Below, one piece after another: positions 1 to 9,957 of a DNA stretch of 64,000 nt (positions are counted from its first letter, which is position 1; each line of letters starts with the position of its first letter). This DNA comes from Thermotogota bacterium (lineage in GTDB: Bacteria > Thermotogota > Thermotogae > Petrotogales > Kosmotogaceae): contig JAYEJL010000165.1 of NCBI GenBank assembly GCA_034660555.1, forward strand, positions 42,109 through 106,108, written 5' to 3'. Made by a program: the position numbers and the translations under genes. Under the pieces are notes generated by a model, which searched no databases, was not told the DNA's origin, and saw nothing but the letters and a program-made list of their open reading frames with translations.

Positions 1-590
1 CAAAACCGTATATGCCTTTTACGTAACCACCCCTGGTATGCATACGGCTTAAACCGGTGTTCACAAAGGATTTGGATGTGATATGATAACCTTTCACTCC
101 TCCAGCATACAATGTTTCAAATATCGTAGGAACCTCCATAAATTTTAACGGATCCATGCCGATCCTCTGAAGTCCGTCTCTTTCCTGGCCGAAGGGTGTC
201 AGCTCAATCATATTAGAAAGACCACCGTATTCCTTCAGATAAAGCATATAGCCAAGCATGCCATGCTTTATTGGTGATACACCGGTAAACAAACTTGTTA
301 GTGCGCTGGTTGTGGTTGAAGGAAATACAGAGGTCATATTTTTCAGGGATGAAGACATAATATTTGAGAAACCACCCTGTTCATTAATCAATTTCTCTAC
401 TGTTCGATAACTTAGTGCATCAAGAAGAAAAACAACAATCTTATCTATACCATTAAGGTTGATTCCTTTTGCACCAAAATCCATCGATATCCCGTTTGGT
501 TTTATTCCGAAATGCTCGACTAAAGCTGAACTGAAGTTAGGAATAGAACCACCATCATAATTAGGCAACAATTCAAACACAATTGATCAT
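1..590 (-). CDS. alkaline-phosphatase-superfamily protein (type I phosphodiesterase/nucleotide pyrophosphatase-like); N-terminal part only, 3' end lies beyond the window
   Basis: Absent from the ORF track because it runs off the window edge. My minus-strand translation from the ATG at 590-588 reads MINCVFELLPNYDGGSIPNF...IDKIVVFLLDALSYRTV...MTSVFPSTTTSALTSLFTGVSPIKHGMLGY... The 'FLLDALSYR' and 'PSTT..A.TSLFTG..P..HG' motifs are typical of this superfamily. The ATG lies 8 nt after the malG-like stop (599-601). Confidence 0.6.
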
Positions 591-598
591 CCTTTTCT

Positions 599-3376
599 TT
601 AACCTTTTACCGAACCTTTGGTAAGTCCTCCCACAATTTGGTCCTGTAACAACAGGAAGAATGTAAGCATGGGTATTGCACCTATGAGTGCCGCAGCAGT
701 GAATGGTCCCCAGCTCGCCTCAAATCTTCCCGAAAATTGCTGTAAACCAACAGCATATGTCCACTTATCAATACTCTGCAAGATAATGCTAGCCATTACA
801 AATTCATTAAAAACATTCATAAACGTCAAAATGGCAATAACCGCCAGTATCGGTCTGGCGAGGGGAAGGACAATTTTCCAGAATGTCTGAAGCCTGTTGG
901 CTCCGTCTATCAAAGCTGATTCTTCCAGAGAATCCGGTATGGTGTCAAAATATCCCTTTATCAACCATATATTAAAGGCAATATTTCCACAGTAAATAAA
1001 AATCATTCCTGAAATAGTGTCCAGCCCAAGGAAGGGCACATAATTTCCCAAAAATTGCAAAAGTGAATAGATGGCTATCATGAACATTATAGTAGGAAAC
1101 ATTTGAATGAGCAATAGGAACAATAAACCCTGACCTCTACCAAAAAATCTCATTCTGCTGAATGGGTATGCTGCAAACGCTGCCACGAGAACACTAATTA
1201 TGGCAACTGAAAGAGCAATAACTATAGAATTAAACAACCATCTCATGAAATAGAAGTAAGTACTTTCTTTCCTGGTCCATATCTGACTGATTTTGAAAAT
1301 TGATCTGTCAACCTCTCTAAGTTCACCAATATATTCTCCTGAGTAGGCTGTTGAAAAATCGATCATATCGCCAATCAATCTCTGTGCTCTTTTATAACTT
1401 GCATTGAAGTTCTGAAATTCTCTATTGAAAAGCTTTGTCATTTCGTCAAAAACAGAAATATCAACCGAAGCACCCAGAAATCTTAATTCAACGTAGTTGA
1501 GTATTTTTCCGTCAAGATCTTGCTTCATGCTGCGCATTTTGTCAATAACAGACCTAATAACAGATGTTGCTTGATTAATCTCTTCATCTGCATCAACAAA
1601 ATCACTATACCATGTGTATGATCTGTATCTTATATTTGACTTTATTTGAAAGTATTTTTTCATTGTTTTGCTTACTGTGTTGTAATAATTTTCAGCTTCA
1701 TCAATGGTTTCAATATTTTCTTGAGCAAAATCCTTCAAATAATTCAATTCTGCAATTTCGATATTGTTGCTTAAACGGTTCAGGGCGTCCTCATAGGATG
1801 GTTTTGTTTCAGCAACAACGGATTCAAGCTTTTCTTTCTCATCCAATAAACTGGAAAGCTCTTTGTTCTTATCTTTACGTTCGGCAGTTAAATCAGCATA
1901 TTGATTAACATATTCGGTAAGATCACCTTTAACCCTGGAAATATTTGAATAACTTACTTCAAGAATACCTATAACATTTTCAACATCTGGATTGTCCTGA
2001 TTGACAACTATCAATTCTTTTCTTTCAACAAACCAGTTCAGTATATTTATTGCTTCTTCAATATGTGTATAAACATCAAGGGATTCCTCAGTGTTCGATA
2101 ATTTGTTTTTAAGAGGTATCAATTCTTCAACCAGGGTTTCCATGTTTCCAAGAACCCTTACTGGAAAAGCTCTATCTGCTTCCTGCTTAACTTTATCGGA
2201 CGCTAAGAATGTTTTCAGGGTTTCTCTGGCTTTATCCATTTTGGTAGTTTCTGGAACAAGCACCAAACCGGCAACATTCAAAGATTCCTTTATTTCGGGA
2301 ATCGCTTCATTAAGGTTTTCCAATTTGCTATTTATTTGAGCGATTTTATTCTCAATTGTTTCTAATCTGCTTTGAGCATCAATATATTCGCTATATTCGA
2401 ACTCCGATAAAGCATTACTCATAACTTCTTCTGTTTTTTCAATAAGATTATTATGAAGTTCCTGCATTTTTTCCCATGTTGCCTTTGCTGATTTAAATGT
2501 ATCGTATAGCTGATCCTTTTTATTTGTTATTGTTTTAGCTTTTTCCTGTTCAAGAACATCTCCGATATTTTTTAAATTCCGGTTTATTACCTTAAGCCAG
2601 TGTTCACTTCTCCATTGAGAATATGAAATATTTTCTTGTGAAATATATTCTGACACTTTGTTCAGCGAATTAATGACATCATCTTTTCCATCAAATTCAT
2701 AGTCAGCCAGCAGATTGATTAATTCATTACTGATATCCAGAACAGCGTTATATTGATTTTTGTAGTTTTCTATCGTTTTTAGGATTTCTCCCGCAGGTTC
2801 AATATCAGTCTGCTCAATAAAAGCTCGATAACCCTTCCCTACAGAAAATTCTTCATTGCTAATAACATTGAGTAATGCCGCCTGATATAAATCCGAGTCT
2901 TTTTTATTTTGAAGTTCATCAAGTCGTTCATCTATGATTTCAATATCCTGATGTCTAATATCGTTCATTCCTGAAATTATCTCACTGATTTTTCGTTTTA
3001 CTGACTCATTGATTGCTTCAAATTTCATTTCTATACTATCAACCATTGCTATAGAGTCATCAATGTAATTATCAAACATCCTTGAAAGATCTGTTATTTC
3101 ATTCTTGACTTTTTTCTCTTCTGCTTTCCTATAGTCGCCCAGCCCGTGTACTGCCTGTTGCATGGACAAAATAACCCTGGATATACTTTTTTTTGGGAAC
3201 AAGAGGTTTTGATAATGCTGTAAAGTAACCCTGGTAGAAAACAGCTTTGGGGAAAAGGCTGCTTCATCTCTTCTGATGGAAGTGCTAACAACCCATACCA
3301 TAGGGAATAGCACAATGGCCAGAACAATAATCAGTATCAAGTGTCTTAACCAGTAACGTTTTTTCTCTATGGCCAT
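599..3376 (-). CDS. malG: MalG-type carbohydrate ABC transporter permease with a ~665-aa insertion between TM1 and TM2
   Basis: Single 925-aa ORF. N-terminal TM1 is LRHLILIIVLAIVLFPMVWVVSTSI. The C-terminal ~225 aa form a canonical MalG/UgpE core with the EAA loop EESALIDGANRLQTFWKIVLPLARP. The stop of malF overlaps its start at 3376. Confidence 0.85.
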   Translation of the reverse strand: MAIEKKRYWLRHLILIIVLAIVLFPMVWVVSTSIRRDEAAFSPKLFSTRVTLQHYQNLLFPKKSISRVILSMQQAVHGLGDYRKAEEKKVKNEITDLSRMFDNYIDDSIAMVDSIEMKFEAINESVKRKISEIISGMNDIRHQDIEIIDERLDELQNKKDSDLYQAALLNVISNEEFSVGKGYRAFIEQTDIEPAGEILKTIENYKNQYNAVLDISNELINLLADYEFDGKDDVINSLNKVSEYISQENISYSQWRSEHWLKVINRNLKNIGDVLEQEKAKTITNKKDQLYDTFKSAKATWEKMQELHNNLIEKTEEVMSNALSEFEYSEYIDAQSRLETIENKIAQINSKLENLNEAIPEIKESLNVAGLVLVPETTKMDKARETLKTFLASDKVKQEADRAFPVRVLGNMETLVEELIPLKNKLSNTEESLDVYTHIEEAINILNWFVERKELIVVNQDNPDVENVIGILEVSYSNISRVKGDLTEYVNQYADLTAERKDKNKELSSLLDEKEKLESVVAETKPSYEDALNRLSNNIEIAELNYLKDFAQENIETIDEAENYYNTVSKTMKKYFQIKSNIRYRSYTWYSDFVDADEEINQATSVIRSVIDKMRSMKQDLDGKILNYVELRFLGASVDISVFDEMTKLFNREFQNFNASYKRAQRLIGDMIDFSTAYSGEYIGELREVDRSIFKISQIWTRKESTYFYFMRWLFNSIVIALSVAIISVLVAAFAAYPFSRMRFFGRGQGLLFLLLIQMFPTIMFMIAIYSLLQFLGNYVPFLGLDTISGMIFIYCGNIAFNIWLIKGYFDTIPDSLEESALIDGANRLQTFWKIVLPLARPILAVIAILTFMNVFNEFVMASIILQSIDKWTYAVGLQQFSGRFEASWGPFTAAALIGAIPMLTFFLLLQDQIVGGLTKGSVKG

Positions 3377-5124
3377 TATCTTCTCACCTCTTCAAAGGCT
3401 CCTGAAAATTTGAAGTTCAGCCAACTGAAAACTGCAACGAGACTGAAAATTATTATTGAGATGGCACTTGCAAAACCAAAATCCTGCCCTCTACCATAGA
3501 AGGCAAGTTTATATGTGTAGGAGATCAAGATGTCCGTTGCTCCTGCTGGAGTAGTACTTCCGGGGATGGCAGGTCCACCTTCGGTGAGTAAATATATTCC
3601 CACAAAATTGTTGAAATTAAATGCAAAAGTTCCCACTAATAATGGAGCTACAGATACCATCAACAAAGGAAAAGTGATTTTCCAGAATTTTTGCCAGCGT
3701 CTCGCACCATCTATCGAGGCAGCTTCGTAAAGCTCGCCCGGTATGCTTTGAAGAGCTCCTAGCGAGACAGTCATCATATATGGGAAACCCAGCCAGGTAT
3801 TTACAGTTAAAACCGAAACTTTTGCCCAGAAAGGATCACTCAACCATCTAATTGGTTCTTCAAACCCTAATAGTCCTTGAAACAAGAAACGATTCAATAT
3901 ACCGTAGGTTTCATTGAACATTCCGTTTCTCCATACAAGTACGGAAATGAAGGCTGGTATCGCCCAGGGAATAATCAGAAGCGTTCTGTAGATCTTTGTT
4001 CCTCTTAACTTCCTGTCATTTAACGCCATCGCCAGGGCCAATCCAATAGTGAAACAGAATACAACACTTAGCCCCGCCCATGTAAATGTCCATAAAAATA
4101 TCTGAAAGAACGGACCCCTTACCCGCGGGTCAGAAATCATTTTTAAGAAATTATCAAAACCAACCCCTGAAATATATCCATCCAGACGTACTTCTTCCCC
4201 GTTTTTTTTGACATCATAGAAATATCCGTTTTTTTCAACCAGATTCCTACCAGTCTGTCTATTATATAATACCTGTTTCTGTTTGGCATAGCCTGAATCC
4301 AGACTGGTTACTGTTTTCATACCATATTGTCTTTCAACTGTTGCGAAATTTCTGTAAAGCGTTTGCGGATTTAATCTCACCTGATAATTCTGGGGATTAA
4401 TAAATTCTGCATTTTTCAACCAGTTACTTCTTATTTCACCAAGGAAAAATGCTGCATTGGCTCTCGTTGAAGGATCATTTGAAGAGTAAAAATATACATA
4501 ATTTTCACCAAGTTCGTTGTTTATTGATAAATAATTGCCATCTTTCTTTGAGACAATTATCGTATGATTGACTCCATTAATACTTGCATTATTATTGTCC
4601 ACTCTGAACATTTCTGAACGAGCAAGTGTTATATTTCCCTCACTATCACGTGATATTACATCCGGTTTTGGAGAAATGTGTCTATTTTCTGAACTTTCCT
4701 CTTCAAACAACATAACAAAATCATTTGTGGGTTTATAGTCTTTAAGTTTGACAAAAACCCAAAAATTATATTCAACGGGATCGTCAGGTACATAAAAATA
4801 TTCATTCAGAAGTTTCTGCACTACTTCCGGTCTAGTAAAAAGATGTCCGGTTCCGTAATTTGTAAACGCTACCTCAAACGTATAATACATTGGATAGATA
4901 GTCAAAACAAAAAGCAAGATTAGCGCAGGTATCATGTATCGATAGGGATAACCTTTCCTACTGAAAGAAACGTAATCAATTAGTAGTGTTAAAACTACAA
5001 GAACTATTGCAAGCCCATAACGAGCGTTTACCCATAAAATAAAAATACCCCAGATAACAAAGGCGTTGTAAATTGCAAGAAAAAACATCGCTGCAAGATA
5101 TATGAAAAACTTTTTGCCGGACAC
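3376..5124 (-). CDS. malF: MalF-type maltose/maltodextrin ABC transporter permease with a large extracytoplasmic loop
   Basis: 582-aa ORF. It has multiple TM segments, a ~250-aa hydrophilic loop after the third TM (analogous to the E. coli MalF P2 loop), and the EAA loop EAASIDGARRWQKFWKITFPLL. Confidence 0.85.
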   Translation of the reverse strand: MSGKKFFIYLAAMFFLAIYNAFVIWGIFILWVNARYGLAIVLVVLTLLIDYVSFSRKGYPYRYMIPALILLFVLTIYPMYYTFEVAFTNYGTGHLFTRPEVVQKLLNEYFYVPDDPVEYNFWVFVKLKDYKPTNDFVMLFEEESSENRHISPKPDVISRDSEGNITLARSEMFRVDNNNASINGVNHTIIVSKKDGNYLSINNELGENYVYFYSSNDPSTRANAAFFLGEIRSNWLKNAEFINPQNYQVRLNPQTLYRNFATVERQYGMKTVTSLDSGYAKQKQVLYNRQTGRNLVEKNGYFYDVKKNGEEVRLDGYISGVGFDNFLKMISDPRVRGPFFQIFLWTFTWAGLSVVFCFTIGLALAMALNDRKLRGTKIYRTLLIIPWAIPAFISVLVWRNGMFNETYGILNRFLFQGLLGFEEPIRWLSDPFWAKVSVLTVNTWLGFPYMMTVSLGALQSIPGELYEAASIDGARRWQKFWKITFPLLMVSVAPLLVGTFAFNFNNFVGIYLLTEGGPAIPGSTTPAGATDILISYTYKLAFYGRGQDFGFASAISIIIFSLVAVFSWLNFKFSGAFEEVRR

Positions 5125-5157
5125 CTTTTACAACCTCCAGAGTTAAGGGATAAGTAA

Positions 5158-5181
5158 CCGCGGAGCCTCAAGGCTCCGCGG
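5158..5181 (-). terminator. intercistronic GC-rich stem-loop between malE and malF (possible attenuator or mRNA stabiliser)
   Basis: ccgcggagcc-tcaa-ggctccgcgg forms a perfect 10-bp stem with a 4-nt loop. There is no clean U-tract on the minus strand. It sits in the 75-nt malE-malF gap. Confidence 0.5.
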
Positions 5182-5199
5182 TTAAATTCTCAAACTAAA

Positions 5200-6390
5200 T
5201 TACATTCCAATTGATGTTTTTATCTTTTCTACTGCTGTTTCGAAAGAGTTCTCTACTGTGTCCTTTCCGTTGATAACAAGGCCCAGGGAATCCTGCATTG
5301 CTCCCCAGACAGATGCCATTTCTGGAATGTTGGGCATAGGATTACCTATAGAGGCACTCTTCGAGAATTGCAATATGTCATAAACTTCCTGTCCACCTGT
5401 TTCTCCAATATAAGCAAATACATCTTCTCTAACAGGACCTCTTTTGTCATTTAAGAACAATTCATACTGCGTTTCGAAGGTGCTACAATAACTTGCAACA
5501 AATTCCATGGCTTCCAGCTTGTTGCTTGACCTTGAGTTAACCATAAATGCCTGAACACCAACAAATGGTATTGGATTCTTTCCATTGGATAGCGTGATTT
5601 CGCTAAACGGAAGAATATCGTAGTCGATGCCTGCTTCCTGATAACCAGATGTTGACCATGGACCGTTTACTATAAATGCAGCAAGTCCATCTCTGAACAG
5701 AGAATCCATTAATGAATAATTGGCTCCCTGCGGTATTAAACCATTATCAAACCAGCTCTTTATGAGCTTTCCGCCTTTAATGGCTCCTTGGTTAGCAAGT
5801 CCGATATCTGCAACATCGTAACCTTGATCGGTAAGATTAAATATGTAGCCACCGAATCCTGAAATAAATGGGTATGAGAAATAGAAATCAGTTGCCGGGT
5901 AAATGAATCCAACTACTTCATCATCAGCAACTTCTGCACCGATTGTTTCCAGTTCTTCAATTGTTTCAGGTACTTCATCAACGAGATCTTTGTTGTACAA
6001 AATTGCCAGAGCTTCTATTGCGTACGGTACACCATACAATTTTCCTTTGTAAGAAAATGCGTTAAGTGCTGATTCATAAAACTGGCCTTTTTCTGGTAGG
6101 AAAGGAATAGGTTCTATAAGACCGTTCTCAACCAGTTCACCGACCCAGTCATGTGCACCCACTATTACGTCTGATCCTTCGCCAGCTGGTGCAGCGGTGA
6201 GGAATTTTGATTTGATGTCACCAAAGTTCACCTGTTCAATCTTCACTTCGATGCCGTAATTTTTCTCAAAGTCAGCCCCGATTTTTTGCAGAACAGGCAC
6301 CTGAACCTCAGACGTCCAAATTGTAACAGCAGCATTAAGCGTGCTCACTAGTGCAAATGCAACAAATAAAAATACCACTAATTTTCTCAT
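5200..6390 (-). CDS. malE: maltose/maltodextrin-binding periplasmic protein (ABC substrate-binding protein)
   Basis: 396 aa with signal peptide MRKLVVFLFVAFALVSTLNA. Collinear similarity to E. coli MalE (...IWTSE...KFLTAAPAGEGSDVIVGAHDWVGELVENGLIEPI...). Lies upstream of malF/malG. Confidence 0.85.
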   Translation of the reverse strand: MRKLVVFLFVAFALVSTLNAAVTIWTSEVQVPVLQKIGADFEKNYGIEVKIEQVNFGDIKSKFLTAAPAGEGSDVIVGAHDWVGELVENGLIEPIPFLPEKGQFYESALNAFSYKGKLYGVPYAIEALAILYNKDLVDEVPETIEELETIGAEVADDEVVGFIYPATDFYFSYPFISGFGGYIFNLTDQGYDVADIGLANQGAIKGGKLIKSWFDNGLIPQGANYSLMDSLFRDGLAAFIVNGPWSTSGYQEAGIDYDILPFSEITLSNGKNPIPFVGVQAFMVNSRSSNKLEAMEFVASYCSTFETQYELFLNDKRGPVREDVFAYIGETGGQEVYDILQFSKSASIGNPMPNIPEMASVWGAMQDSLGLVINGKDTVENSFETAVEKIKTSIGM

Positions 6391-6560
6391 TTGACCACTC
6401 TCCCTTTTGAAAAATGTGTATTTACGTACATATTATAATTTTAACATTTTTAACATGGATTTTTTTATAAAAAGAGATTCTTATTAATCGTGTGTAGAAA
6501 CCTTCAGTGTTGTTGAAACGCAACTATTCGTCAATAGCTTTTGTTTATTCCTTCATGCTT

Positions 6561-7958
6561 TTAAATTGGATATACTGCTACCTTGTCTGAATATGCATCC
6601 GCTATTTTCATGTCGATCTTAAGGTTCTTTTCATATTCATTTAACAGATAAGCTCTCCCCGTATCTCCTAACAATATGTAGATTAGAAGTTCTTCATTAT
6701 TATTCGCTAGCAAACCAATCTTTTCTTTTGCACTATCCACTTCTGGCTCAAGATAGTCCGCAGGTTTATACTCCAATGGCTCTTCGTTTTTCATTACAAC
6801 CTTTTTTAAGTCTTCAGAAATGTCACCAGGTGGTTTTCCATATAAACCTTTGATATAATTTTTGGTCTCATTGGTAATTATCTTATATCTCTCTCCTGAA
6901 AGTACATTTACAACTGATTGCACTCCAACTATCTGAGAACTCGGTGTCACAAGAGGTGGATATCCTAGGTCTTTTCTTACTTCTGGAATCTCTTGCAACA
7001 CATCTTCCAATTTATGTAGAGCTTTCTGTTCTCTTAGCTGATTGATTAAATTGGATATCATACCACCAGGAATCTGATTTATCAGGATTTCGGGGTTCAC
7101 GGTTTTCATACCAATATCTGTATTTCTATGTTGTTCTCGAATTTTACTAAAATAGTCTCTAACAATCTTAAGCTTTTTCAAATCTGGTTCTTCAGCATAC
7201 CCCAGTTTATTCATTGCTATCCACAAACTCTCAGCAGGAGGCTGAGAGGTACCTGATGCAAGGGAAGAAATCGCAGTATCTATTAGATCCGCTCCCGCCT
7301 CTACAGATTTCATATAGGTAAGGTCTGCCAGTCCTGAAGTGGAATGAGAATGAACATCAACAGGTAACGACGTTTCTTCCTTTATTATTGAAATGAGTTC
7401 ATATGCAATATCAGGAGTTAACAATCCAGCCATATCTTTTATACACAGTGAATCTGCATCAAGTTTTTCAGCAGATCTTGCATAATCTACAAAAAGCTCA
7501 ACATTGTGCACCGGGCTGACTGTGTAAGCGACGGCTATTTGAAGGTGCATATTATTCTTTTTTATTTCTTCACATGACTTTTTAATATTTCTGAAGTCAT
7601 TAAGTGCATCAAATACTCTCACTCTATCCATTCCATGTTTGGCCATTGTCTTTATAAACAATTTGACAACATCATCAGCGTAATGGCGGTAACCGACTAA
7701 ATTTTGTCCTCTTAACAGCATTTGCATTTCAGTATTCTTAAAGCGCTTTCTTAATTTGTCTATACGTTCCCAGGGATTTTCTTTCAGATACCTTACGCAG
7801 GCATCAAAGGTCGCCCCACCCCACATTTCCACAGCATCATAACCAATCTGATCCACAACATCGGCAATTCTTACAAGTTCATCCGTTGAAACCCGTGTTG
7901 CGAGTAAAGACTGATGGGCATCCCTGAACGTTGTGTCAACAAAACCAACATCACTCAT
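6561..7958 (-). CDS. carboxyltransferase subunit (oxaloacetate decarboxylase alpha / pyruvate carboxylase B / transcarboxylase 5S-like) lacking a biotinyl domain
   Basis: 465 aa. The motifs FVDTTFRDAHQSL, KDMAGLLTP and HSHSTSGLA mark the HMGL-like carboxyltransferase fold. No AMKM biotin-attachment motif is present. Confidence 0.75.
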   Translation of the reverse strand: MSDVGFVDTTFRDAHQSLLATRVSTDELVRIADVVDQIGYDAVEMWGGATFDACVRYLKENPWERIDKLRKRFKNTEMQMLLRGQNLVGYRHYADDVVKLFIKTMAKHGMDRVRVFDALNDFRNIKKSCEEIKKNNMHLQIAVAYTVSPVHNVELFVDYARSAEKLDADSLCIKDMAGLLTPDIAYELISIIKEETSLPVDVHSHSTSGLADLTYMKSVEAGADLIDTAISSLASGTSQPPAESLWIAMNKLGYAEEPDLKKLKIVRDYFSKIREQHRNTDIGMKTVNPEILINQIPGGMISNLINQLREQKALHKLEDVLQEIPEVRKDLGYPPLVTPSSQIVGVQSVVNVLSGERYKIITNETKNYIKGLYGKPPGDISEDLKKVVMKNEEPLEYKPADYLEPEVDSAKEKIGLLANNNEELLIYILLGDTGRAYLLNEYEKNLKIDMKIADAYSDKVAVYPI

Positions 7959-8010
7959 GTAACAATCCTCCTCTCTGTTGTAAAATTATATTACAAACCA
8001 GGGAGGGATT

Positions 8011-9891
8011 ATGTTGAATAGTAATTACAAATATGATGTTGTTGTAATAGGATCAGGACATGCTGGTATCGAAGCAGCACTCGCTCCGGCACACATGGGA
8101 GCAAAAACATTGTTACTTTCCATCAACCTTGATACCGTTGGTTGGGCTCCATGCAATCCTGCTATTGGAGGTCCTGCAAAAGGTGTTGTTGTTAGAGAAA
8201 TAGATTCTCTTGGTGGACAAATGGCAAAAACTACCGACAAAACTTCCATTAATATTCGAATGCTGAATACAAAAAAGGGCCCTGCAGTAAGAGCGTTGCG
8301 TTCGCAGATAGATAAATTGAATTACAGCCAGGAGATGAAACATGTACTTGAGCAGCAGGAGAATCTCGATATAAAGAGCGCCATTGCTACTGAGATACAG
8401 ACAGAAAATGGAAAGGTCTCAGGAGTTATGACACATTTTAAAGGAAATTTCTCCTGCAACGCTGTAATTGTTGCCACGGGCACATTCCTTGGAGGCCGCA
8501 TATTTATTGGTCAGGATTATTTCGAAGCTGGAAGGTTGGGGGAATTTCCTTCCAAAAAGCTCAGCAAGTCACTTAAAGATCTGGGATTTGTAGTAAGGCG
8601 TTTTAAAACGGGAACCCCTGCCAGAATTCATGGCGATTCAGTTGATTTTGAAAAGATGGACAGGCAGGACACATCAGAAGAGCCACTCGCTTTTTCATTT
8701 TTCTCCGAACCCTATATACTGGATAAAGATTACCCATGCTGGTTAACGTATACAAACAGCAAAACTCATTCCATCATTAGAAGAGATATTAGCTTTTCTC
8801 CACTGTATGGCGATATAAAGCTAATACATTCAAAAGGACCAAGATATTGTCCTTCCATCGAAGATAAGGTTATGAAATTTTCTTCTAAGGACAGCCATCA
8901 ACTTTTTATTGAACCTGAGGGAAAGTCAACCAGAGAGTTTTATCTTAATGGTTTATCCACGAGTCTCCCCCTTGAAACCCAAAATGAAATGATACATACA
9001 ATTGAAGGGCTGGAAAATGCAAAAATAATCAGACCTGCATATGCCGTAGAATATGATTATATTGAGCCAAATCAATTGTATCCAACCCTGGAATCAAAAA
9101 TTGTAGAAAATCTCTATTTTGCAGGTCAGGTAAATGGCACAAGTGGTTATGAGGAAGCAGCAGGTCAGGGGCTAATTGCTGGTATAAACGCGGTAGCAAA
9201 GATTCGGGGAGATGAACCTCTTGTATTGAAAAGATCGGAATCATATATTGGAGTGATGATAGATGATTTGGTTACAAAAGGCGTTGATGAACCATATCGT
9301 TTATTAACTTCAAGGGCAGAATACAGATTGTTACTCAGACACGATAATGCACATCTGAGATTGACACAATATGGCTATAAGTATGGTTTAATACCCAAAT
9401 GGTTCAACGAAAAGGTTCTAACATTAAATAAAACTGTTGAAAAGGAAATTGAAAGATTGAACGAGGTCGTTGTAAAACCATCAAACAAATTAAACAATGA
9501 ATTACTTAAAATAGGATCATCTGCTATATATCAATCAACACGAATGATCCAGCTACTTAAAAGGCCTGAAGTAGACTATTCTTTACTATCACAATTCGAT
9601 CCTGATCCCATTACAGATTACAATATCAAAGAACAGATAGAAACAGTCGTGAAATATCAGGGTTATATCAATCGTCTAGAGAGGGAAGTAAGCCAATTTG
9701 AGCGTCTGGAACACGAAAGAATTCCGATAGATATCAACTACGACGAAGTACCAAATTTATCTACCGAAGCCAGAGACAAACTAAAAAGATTGAAGCCCAG
9801 GTCCATTGGTCAGGCAACAAGAATACCGGGCATTACACCCTCTGACATTATGAATCTTTCCGCATATTTAAAATCTAAAAACTACGACTGA
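8011..9891 (+). CDS. mnmG: tRNA uridine 5-carboxymethylaminomethyl modification enzyme MnmG (GidA)
   Basis: 626 aa with N-terminal FAD motif [15 protein letters not shown] and GidA-typical sequence throughout (..PSIEDK.., ..[13 protein letters not shown]-like [16 protein letters not shown]). Confidence 0.95.
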   Translation: MLNSNYKYDVVVIGSGHAGIEAALAPAHMGAKTLLLSINLDTVGWAPCNPAIGGPAKGVVVREIDSLGGQMAKTTDKTSINIRMLNTKKGPAVRALRSQIDKLNYSQEMKHVLEQQENLDIKSAIATEIQTENGKVSGVMTHFKGNFSCNAVIVATGTFLGGRIFIGQDYFEAGRLGEFPSKKLSKSLKDLGFVVRRFKTGTPARIHGDSVDFEKMDRQDTSEEPLAFSFFSEPYILDKDYPCWLTYTNSKTHSIIRRDISFSPLYGDIKLIHSKGPRYCPSIEDKVMKFSSKDSHQLFIEPEGKSTREFYLNGLSTSLPLETQNEMIHTIEGLENAKIIRPAYAVEYDYIEPNQLYPTLESKIVENLYFAGQVNGTSGYEEAAGQGLIAGINAVAKIRGDEPLVLKRSESYIGVMIDDLVTKGVDEPYRLLTSRAEYRLLLRHDNAHLRLTQYGYKYGLIPKWFNEKVLTLNKTVEKEIERLNEVVVKPSNKLNNELLKIGSSAIYQSTRMIQLLKRPEVDYSLLSQFDPDPITDYNIKEQIETVVKYQGYINRLEREVSQFERLEHERIPIDINYDEVPNLSTEARDKLKRLKPRSIGQATRIPGITPSDIMNLSAYLKSKNYD

Positions 9892-9917
9892 CAGCTATTA
9901 TTGAATGTTTTTCATTG

Positions 9918-9946
9918 TTGACAGAGGATATCATGCGTATTATAAT
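9918..9946 (+). promoter_or_regulatory. consensus sigma70-type promoter for tRNA(CAT)
   Basis: TTGACA (9918-9923), a 17-nt spacer, then TATAAT (9941-9946). The -10 box ends 11 nt before the tRNA 5' end. Confidence 0.6.
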
Positions 9947-9957
9947 CATTTAATGTC

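Noticed and set aside
618-3730. Track ORFs 618-890(+), 1612-1908(+), 2091-2339(+), 3094-3327(-) and 3530-3730(+), which lie inside malG/malF
   Set aside because: They are antisense or out of frame within long ORFs that carry canonical ABC-permease motifs. Their translations are low-complexity (Ser/Leu/Phe/Cys-rich), they have no RBS and no recognisable motif. They are shadow ORFs.
6391-6560. Tandem ATGTTAAAA x2 and the TGTA...TACA motif upstream of malE as a MalR/LacI-type operator
   Set aside because: The TGTACGTAAATACA segment is not a true palindrome beyond its 4-bp arms. The tandem 9-mer lies in very AT-rich promoter DNA where such repeats arise by chance. I could not define a convincing -35/-10 pair, so the evidence is insufficient.
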